Shown in pieces: positions 55,608-64,000 of a stretch of 64,000 nucleotides of DNA. The stretch covers positions 2,232,001 through 2,296,000 of the forward strand of contig BROI01000002.1 of assembly GCA_027923505.1 (NCBI GenBank). The letters are read 5' to 3'. The position numbers and the translations under genes were made by a program. The notes under the pieces are model-generated. The model made no database searches. It was not told where the DNA came from and worked only from the letters and a program-made list of their open reading frames with translations. The stretch is from Mayamaea pseudoterrestris. Its lineage: Eukaryota. Positions within the stretch are counted from its first letter, which is position 1. Every line of letters starts with the position of its first letter.

Positions 55608-56167
55608 GATTAATTTAGTTAATGAACAAGGTGAAATGGCCTTGATCGTTGGAACGAGTTGTGGGACTTGTTCGATGGCCATGGCCGCTCGTCTCGGGAA
55701 GACGAAATTGATGACGCGCTGCCACGCACGTTCCAGTCCTGATCCTTAAGTGTGCTCCACACGGTTTTTTAATCCATCGCCCATGCGACTTTTATGCGAA
55801 GCCGAGATTGTTCGGAAGAACGAAGAACCAATGCCAATTGATCTGCTCGCACTTTGCACTTCTCCATAAAACACCCCAAACGCAAGCTAATGTCGGTGTT
55901 ACTTTGGGTGGCGAGCCTTGAGACGAAACAGATTCACTTATTTTTGGGTTTTGAGGTGTGAAATGAGGGCTAATCATGGGGTCGTCGCGCGATGATGCAG
56001 TAAGCAGTGCAAAAGTGTGCGGTGGTTAAACGTCGATTCTTCTTCGTCCTCCCGTCATCGTCCAGGCCCTACCGGTCATGCAATTTACTGCATACGGATT
56101 ACACATTTTTGTCGTGAAGTGCTGTAACCATTATTGCATTGCATGCATTGCAACTTTGATTGCTACC

Positions 56168-56830
56168 ATGGAGCTTCCAAATCATGTGACAGCGTTTTTT
56201 AAGAGGTATAACTTCCTTGCTGATGAAGATGATGCTTATTGGCTTGCACATCACTGGAAAAGCTTTGTTTGCAGAAACTGTGACGCATCGAAGCAGATTG
56301 TTGGTGATATTGACTTCTTTTTGTCGCCCAGCTGGGCTGTAATGACATGTCCACATTGCAAGCACACATGGAACGTATGTATGGTGTGTCTTTCGCCACT
56401 CACCTACAAAACTAGCGCGCGCACCAAACATGTTAGAAGACAAGGACATCGAAACATGTATGCAGCACATCAGAGAAATACTGTTGTAACTACACAGACT
56501 GATATATCAGTCAATGAGACATTGGAACTTCCCATTGAGAAAGTGGACGACCAAGGCATGAGACACGAGACAGATATGGAATAGTAATCGTGGACTCAAA
56601 GATCAAGCTCGTTAGTCTTGACCTTGATTGGGAGCTAAAGGAATATGAGGCTGCCGCTGTTGATTGGAAGCACACGCGGAAGTGGATGCAGGAATATACT
56701 TTGACGAGGAGCCTGTTGGCAAGGTGACTGATCCCCCAATATTGGTGCACAAACGCAGCTAGCAATGTCTCCATTGATGAAATAGATGAAATATCGATGG
56801 AACACGTAGTATTACATACCGCACATGGCA
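56168..56830 (+). pseudogene. Cys/His zinc-finger ORF followed by stop-interrupted sequence; possible transposon or gene relic
   Basis: CRNC..CPHC..W..CMVC..H...H lie in an ORF ending at 56584. Downstream frames are broken by stops, and the region is CpG-poor. Confidence 0.35.
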
Positions 56831-56962
56831 ATGAGGTGACAATAGTGAGCTATGATACGTGCCGCAGTTACAGTACCGATACGCCGTCGCACTTTCTTCG
56901 CATGGCGGCACGCGCAATGCGCATGGTTTGCATGTAAGACTGTCCGCATAGAAATCAATCAG

Positions 56963-57484
56963 TGACGTCATCAAGCGCCGGACGGACGTCACGAGAAAAC
57001 TTCAAATCAAGTTCGCGTCGCTCTTTTTCATCAACGCGCAAAGCAGCGACAGTGCAACAAAGCTTCTACATCAATCTAAAGACAACCAAATAACGATTTA
57101 TAAAGAAAGATGTTGGCGCAGACTGGTCCTGTCACTTGGGAATAGATTCTTTGGGGATGTTGAGGTGCGGAACGATTTTCGCTCAAGCGGGCAAGTGCGA
57201 CATCCATCGGTACTCGACTGCGTCTTAGGATTGCTCGCGCACCTCCTCTCCGATTTTTACTCGTTGGTAACCGTTGGAAAGCCCGTCGAGTCGTGAATGA
57301 AGAGTGATACATAACTAAAAAACGTCAAAAAGGTCATTATGACGTCACTGAAGGCATTCTAAGTTATCATTCACATTGTGAATGACCGGATCAGCAAAAT
57401 GACTCGAACGACGACATGGCTTATGTAAAATTCTCTCGCAATGACCGTTACAGCAAGAGTAAAACGTCAATGAACGACACGTCA
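56963..57484. promoter_or_regulatory. Cluster of TGACGT/ACGTCA (bZIP-type) elements upstream of the PDZ gene
   Basis: TGACGTCA at 56963 and 57340; ACGTCA at 56986, 57322, 57464 and 57479. Confidence 0.45.
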
Positions 57485-57604
57485 CGTTTTCCCTCTTCGG
57501 AACCCGATGCTTGACGGAAGGATTCGACCATGGCACTCGAAATTCAAAAAGCAGATGGCATTGTACATAGTTGATGGTTAATAGTACCTCTTTGTGCGTT
57601 TAGC

Positions 57605-58654
57605 ATGATTTCGAGACCATGGCTCATACTGCTGCAAGCTATTCTGTACATGCCTTGTAGCAGTGCGTTTGTGAGTAGAGATGCCAGTTCATGGAGGTCG
57701 TTCTTCAACAGCAATCGCCGACAGAGTATTGCTCGAAGCAACATGGCAGTCTCTGAAGGCAAACGTATCAACGAGCTCATCGCAGAACCAAGTTATGCAT
57801 CGCTATTGACGAGCAAATCTTTCGATGGAACATCAAGTCCTGCTCTCTTGAACTTTACCCTCCACCAGCACCGCCCGCTGGGATGCACCATTGAGGAAAG
57901 TTTGGCAGCATGCGACGAAAGATCGGGATCAATGGCAGACAATGTCATGCCATTTGTGTTTGTTTCCAAAGTCCAACCGCAGGGGTATGCGCATCAAGCT
58001 GGCCTCCAAGTGGGAGACGTGATTGTTGGAACGAGCGGCTTGTTTGGCGACGTGATTGATGTCACGCGCGCTGGAATGAACAAAATGTGAGTTTGATGTA
58101 TGTATTGGCTGTTGGAAAAGAAGCTATTGCAACATGCTTAACTCTTTACTCATTACTCTGTTTTGGCTTTTTCATTTCGCAGTCGAGGCTTGATATCAGC
58201 CTGCCCCGACGAAGATCCACTCCAGCTGCAGATTGTCCGCGGCACCAATGTTTTGGAGAATCACGAAGCGGCGCTCGTGCAACTCTGCAGTCAAGTCAGT
58301 TCCACGAACGACGAAGTGGATTCCTGCCTCCTGGACTATCTCAAGGCTGGATACGATACCAATTTCGATGACAATGCCGACTCTATTCCATCGACCGCGA
58401 TGGTTGACAATGATGGCAACTTCTTTGACTGCAACGACGCCGACACGGAATGTTTGCTCGACAGCATGCACGGATTCTGGGCCGAAAACACTGCGCCGCT
58501 CATCATTCCCCAGAGTGGCGCGCCCGAATTGGTGAGCGGCCCAGCTGCAGCAGCAGAAAAGCAAGTGGTCAAGCCATGGAGCTCGCGGTCCTCGCCGTCG
58601 GGAACCTTTGTCAGGGACCCATCCACGGGCGTCATGAGGAATTTGGATGCGTAG
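57605..58654 (+). CDS. Plastid-targeted PDZ-domain protein; exons 57605-58086 and 58183-58654
   Basis: Signal ending SSA-F; PDZ motifs RPLGCTIEE..VFVSKVQPQGYAHQAGLQVGDVI..PLQLQIVR; GT-AG intron 58087-58182. Confidence 0.85.
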
Positions 58655-59089
58655 TTAGAGAAAATATGTATGTACATAATTAGAGAGAAGGCAAGGCCAG
58701 AAGTTTAACTGTCCTTACTGGTTCGTGCTATAAACGTAGCGGAGCTGTAGATAGTTTCCGCTAAGGAACAATTTAATATAAATAAGAACGATCCACATCT
58801 GCATCACGCCTTTTCACGTAGCCAAGCTGGGTCTTTATTTAATACGTCTTCTACCTGTAGATAAGTTTGCGATAGCTACCGTAGCCTGCGACAGTGCAGT
58901 CACGATGCGACGCGTCATCCAGCCGTCCGTTTCCACAGGAGCGCGAAAAGATCCGTCGATTCGCTTGCCAGCGATACATGTACAAGCATTGCAACCAAAC
59001 GGCTTGGATCAATTTGTAGACTGGACTTGTAAAATTATTGCTAGACAAAAAGAGATCTTGGAAAGTAACAGTGCGTTTGATTTCACAAC

Positions 59090-62000
59090 ATGTCATCTAC
59101 TGTACCATCCTCCAGAAAGGTCCGCAAACACAGCAAGCACCTTGGCGACGACGACTCATCGCCATGGCCGCTGTCAACCTTGATCAAAGCGAGCGTCGCC
59201 CTCTACGTCTTTTACCTGGGATTATCGGCTGCCTACAAGATTCGGCTGGTGGCGATTCAGGAGTATGGGCCAGTCATTCACGAGTTTGATCCCTATTTCA
59301 ACTTTCGAGCGACCGAAGTAAGTGTATCATAACGAGAAGGTGCAAGCGGAACGAGAAAGGAAGAGGCTTGATGTTTAAATGTCTTTTAATGTTCTCATTT
59401 TTTATTTTCTCATTCGTCTCGCAGTACTTGTATTGGAACGGAGCCGAGCGATTCTTCAAATGGTTCGACCATCGCAGCTGGTATCCACTGGGTCGGCCGG
59501 TGGGAACCACCATTTACCCGGGCATGCAGTTCATTGCCGTTTGGATCAAGCGCTATCTACTGAAGACTTGGTCCTTGAACGATGTTTGCTGCTACGTGCC
59601 AGCCTGGTTTGGTGTAATGTCAAGCTTGATCACAGCCTTGATTGCGTACGAATGTACTATTCCAAACAATACAAGTAGTAGCTTGGTGCAGTTTCTAGTG
59701 GATATTTTCAATGGCAAAAAGACGACAACGACAAGTCGATCAATTAATAACAATCATCAGTTTTCTTCGCCAGCACTGGAAGCCTTTTTGTTTACACTCT
59801 GCATGATGGCCATTGTGCCGGCCCATTTGATGCGCAGCGTTGGAGGCGGTTTCGACAATGAAAGCGTTGCCGTCACAGCCATGGTCTTGACCTTTTACTG
59901 CTGGGTGCGCTCCCTGCGCAGCGGAGATGCGTGGAGCTGGCTGTGGGCCTTTGGTACGGCGGCGGCCTACTTCTACATGGTGGCCGCGTGGGGTGGTTAT
60001 GTGTTTGTATTGAACATGATTGGGTGCGTAATGTTCGTGGTTTTTTAAAAAAAGAGGATGCGGCATCTCTAACCTCCGCGCTGCTCCTGCATTAATTACA
60101 GCATGCATGCCGGAGTTCTCGTCCTGCTTGGTCGATTTGATACCAAAGTCTGGGCATCCTACTCTATATTTTACGCACTGGGAACGGCTCTCGCCATTCA
60201 AATTCCTGTCGTTGGATGGACGCCGCTTAAATCGTTGGAGCAGTTGGGTCCCTGCGCCGTATTTTTGGGCTATCAATTGCTGCAAGTATGCGAAACCATT
60301 CGAAAGCGGCAAAATTTGTCGCGCATAGAGGCCATGAAGCTTCGAGTCCGTGTCTTTGGCGCTGCAAGTGTTGTTGCCATTTTGATACTGCTGACGCTTG
60401 TTCCAAAGGGATACTTTGGTCCAATGTCGGCGCGGGTGCGTGGACTTTTTGTCAAGCATACAAAGACGGGCAATCCACTGGTTGATTCCGTGGCGGAGCA
60501 TCAACCGGCGAGTCGGAGGGCATACTTTCAGTATTTGCATCACGTATGTTCGCTAGCACCAATTGGTTACTTGCTGGTGATGGCCAATTTGAGTGATGCG
60601 AGTTCCTTTTTGGTGGTTTGGGCGACGGCGTCATACTTTTTCTCGCACAAGATGGTGCGTCTCATTTTACTTTTGGCTCCCATTGGCAGCATTCTTGCAG
60701 GAATTGGAGCGGCAAGGATTTTTGCATGGTCTCTGCAGCAACTGTGGGAAATGGAATCGTCCGTTGAGGCTCCATTAGTAGATGCATCGTCGACGAGTGC
60801 CAATGGCGAGTCTGATATCAGATCGAGTAAGGATGCGAAGAAAAAGAAGACGCCCAAGAAACCTGCGTTTGCTGCGCAAGAAAGTAGTTTTGAGGGCTTG
60901 ATAATTATGCGCGACACTGCGCGTACCATGCTCAAGACTAAGGAAGGCATCTTTTTCAAACGGACTATCGCGCTTCTTGCATTATGTCTTGGCTGGTATT
61001 TGGGCACCGCTTTTGTCACATACAGTTTCCGCATTGCCTACGACCTCTCAAACCCAAGTATTATAGTCAAGGCTCGTGACGCCGAGAATCGTGTAATTAA
61101 GGTTGATGATTACCGCGAGGCATACTGGTGGCTACGCGACAATACACCTGACGACGCTCGCATTATGGCTTGGTGGGATTATGGATACCAAATTGCTGCA
61201 ATAGGCAACCGTACGACAATTGCTGACGGCAATACATGGAACCACGAACATATTGCACTTCTCGGACTAACTTTAACGACCGACTTGGACGAGGGGTGGG
61301 AAATTGCTCGTCATTGGGCCGACTACATCCTTGTATGGGCAAGTGGGCGAGGTGATGACATGGCAAAATCCCCTCACCTTGCTCGCATTGCCAACTCGGT
61401 GTATCGGGAGCATTGCCCTGATGATCCTACATGCCGGAGATTTGGATTCATTGATAGGCAAGGAACCCCTTCGCCCATGATGGCGCGCAGTCTATTGTAC
61501 AGGCTTCATAGTCACGGCAAGCGACCAGGTGTCTCAGCACCAGAAGACAAGTTCCAGGAAGTCTATAAATCGAGGCATGGATGGGTGCGTGTCTACAAAA
61601 TCATTGGCGTATCAGAGGAGAGCAGGGCATGGTCTGCAGACATTGCCAACAAGAAGTGTGATTCCGGTGGCTGGTACTGCCCTGGTCAGTATCCGCCTGC
61701 AATGGAAAAGGTGCTTGCTCGCAAGAAGGATTTCTCACAGCTCGAGGACTTCAATCGCGGTAAGGGCGACGAAGAGTATACGAAGAAGTACTTCGAAGAT
61801 CTCAACAATCCGCAAAGGGCGCAAAAGAATGCTCGAGCGAATGAAAAAGCGTCTACCCCAAAAGCTGATATCAATGTAGACGAGATATATCAACGCTTTG
61901 AAGACACAGAAGACACGACACTGATGTGGAAGCTCATCAGTTCGGACTCGTTTGACGAGTTGAAAACTTGGTTGGCGGAGGAGCCGCACAAGGCATTTAT

Positions 62001-62151
62001 TCGAAGTAAGGATGGAAGGGGGCCGATGTGGTGGTCATTCGAACAAAAGAATCAGCGCATAACTGATCTCTTAATGAAGGCTGGCGTGCCTCACACTGAC
62101 GGAGATTTAAGGGGAATGACGCCAGTGGATCTGCTGCAAGGTGGCAAATAA
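59090..62151 (+). CDS. STT3: Oligosaccharyltransferase catalytic subunit STT3, copy 1, with a C-terminal ankyrin-like extension; exons 59090-59317, 59425-60023 and 60102-62151
   Basis: Motifs IHEFDPYFN, WYPLGR, GGFDNE, SVAEHQ, AWWDYGYQI, DGNTWN and DDMAKSPHLARI. Two GT-AG introns keep frame. Confidence 0.97.
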
Positions 62152-62200
62152 ATAGCGAGCAAATAATAGTTGTCATACTTAAAAAAAATACTAACGTTAA

Positions 62201-64000
62201 CTACTTTGGGGCCAAGTCCGACGGCTTGAGACCTTTACTGTCCGTCCGATCGTCACTTACTCCGAGGGATTTTAACAGCTCAATAACTTCGCGCTGCCCA
62301 TTCTCATATGCCCAAAAAAGAGGTCCCCGGCCGTCCTCACTCCGACTGTGAGCAGCGTGAGGTATTTGTGAAAAGAGAGCTTTTAGTTCTTCCATCCGCC
62401 CTCTTGAAACCAATTCCCATAGCATGGTGGTCGTTTCATCATTCGTCCAGTCCTCATTCAGCATATCAATATCCGCTGGAGTCAAGACGGCTGGTTTGTC
62501 CTGTATGACTGGATTCTTTTTCTTCTTTCCTGCAAGCTTTTCGCCTGAACTGTGCCCCTTTTTAAGATTCTCCATGTACTGCTTCGTATAGTCTTCGTCT
62601 ACCTCGCCGCTCTTGCGGTTAAAATCCTCAAGCTGCTGAAAGTCCCTCTTCTCCTTCAAAATCTTCTCCAGTGCTGGAGGATACTGTCCTCTACAGAACC
62701 AGCTACCCGGAGCGTCACAGATGCGATTGGCGGGGTTTTCCACCCATTCTTTGCTTTCTTTTGAAACGCTCAAAACCTTGTAGATCCGAACCTTTGCGTG
62801 CTTGGATCTGAATACCTCCTTAAATCGGTTAGGGTCAACCTTCACGTTGGGAGCCACTTGGTTCATAACCATCTTATACAGCAAACTATCTTCCATGGAA
62901 TCTGTTGGCGTCCGATCAGACTACAGTAAAAAATCGAAAATGCGCGTTAGACACCAATCCATCCATGGAACTAAGAATTGGCAAACGAATGCACTTACGT
63001 AGAAACCAAAGTCCCGACATGTTGGTTCGGCACACAGACCGCGGAAAACAGAATTAGCGATTCGTCGCAAATGAGGCGACTTGGCGAGATCATCGCCGCC
63101 ACCGCCGGACCAAACAAGTACGTAATCAGCCAAGTGACGTGTAATTCGATGTGCTTCCTTCTCTGGAGCAGTTAACGTTCTGCCCAGTAAGGCAATATGT
63201 TCATGATTCCATGTGTTACCATCAGCAAGGGTTGTTCGTTCGGAGATACCTGTGATTTGATAACCATAGTCCCACCAAGCCATTATACGAGCATCCTCGG
63301 GTGTGTTATCACGGAGCCACCAATAAGCCTCACGATAGTCATCAATGACAACCGTCTTACCATCTCGCGTTCGCGATTTTTGTATGATTGATGGATGAGA
63401 AATGCCATGCGCCATTTGATGCGAGTAATCCCAAAAGTCACGGCCATATGGAATCGACTGGTAAATGGCATAAAATGCGACGAAAAGGCGAATGCCTTTG
63501 ACATATAGTGGATCAGCCCCGCTGAATTCAACGTTGTACTTCTTGCTAGACAAATTCGACCTTCCGTTTGATTTGGCTTTATAAGGCTTGCCATTCTTCA
63601 CAGGAGCGGCTGCAGTAACATTGTTCGCACTCTCCGCGCTTGTATCCGGACCATTCAGCAAGGCCGTAAACGAGGTGCAATCCCCTGCGACACTTCCAAT
63701 CGCCCATGACAATGCGCGTCCCAAAACAATCCCACCAAGTGCCGACGTAATGGGGGCTGTCAACAGAATGAGTCGAACCATGCGATGCGAGAAAAAGTAG
63801 GCAGCCATGCCGTACACGAGCAGAAATGCGCTGCTGTCACTGACGAAAAAGAGTGCCGTCATGGCCATTCCAACGGGCGCCAAATACATGGCAACGTTCA
63901 AATATTGATAGTAAGCTTGTGGTGAAGCTGCTTGATGCTCCGCAACCGAGTCGACCAAAGGATTGCCAGTTTTCGTATGCTCCACAAACAATCCTCGAAC
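62201..64000 (-). CDS. STT3: STT3, copy 2 (5'-truncated by the window edge), with an ankyrin-like tail; exons >64000-62999 and 62920-62201
   Basis: Motifs SVAEHQ, AWWDYGYQI and DDLAKSPHL. The phase-0 intron 62998-62921 (GTAAGT..TAG) joins FGFY|SDRTP. Confidence 0.96.

Noticed and set aside
10571..64000. Apparent glycosylation/secretion cluster (PIG-M, sulfotransferase, adhesin, SLC35, STT3 x2)
   Set aside because: The genes are spread over 50 kb among unrelated housekeeping genes, and there is no evidence of a functional cluster without synteny or co-expression data.
1..64000. CRISPR arrays, rRNA, snRNA, intact transposons, prokaryotic operons
   Set aside because: I saw no spaced direct repeats, conserved RNA signatures, RT/integrase/transposase motifs or operon structure by eye; a covariance-model scan was not possible.

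Overview
This is eukaryotic nuclear DNA, very probably from a diatom. The evidence is the gene density, short GT-AG introns (68-193 nt), signal peptide + 'AF/AW' bipartite plastid-targeting N-termini and RxL motifs in secreted proteins; the species cannot be assigned from sequence alone. I find about 32 protein-coding genes and reconstructed the splice junctions by hand. They include NAD-type IDH with an EF-hand, PIG-M, a plastid SufA/IscA, a sulfotransferase-like protein, LTO1 (VKOR-Trx), RCHY1, a 1618-aa secreted FG-GAP propeller/vWA-like mucin-stalk protein, EME1, two META/HslJ-like paralogues, SRP40/Nopp140, RPS20, MATE, amino-acid, sugar, SLC35 and ABCB transporters, SCO1, a spliced cytochrome c missing from the ORF track, a plastid PDZ protein and two tail-to-tail STT3 paralogues with ankyrin-like tails. 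I saw no rRNA, tRNA, CRISPR array or intact transposon. The most notable observations are the integrin-like tandem (propeller + permuted vWA) x2 architecture, the STT3-ankyrin pair, two in-phase splice donors in SCO1, an intergenic-enriched TACCGGTA palindrome, a TGACGT cluster upstream of the PDZ gene and a CpG-poor zinc-finger relic. All family assignments come from motif recognition, not database searches.
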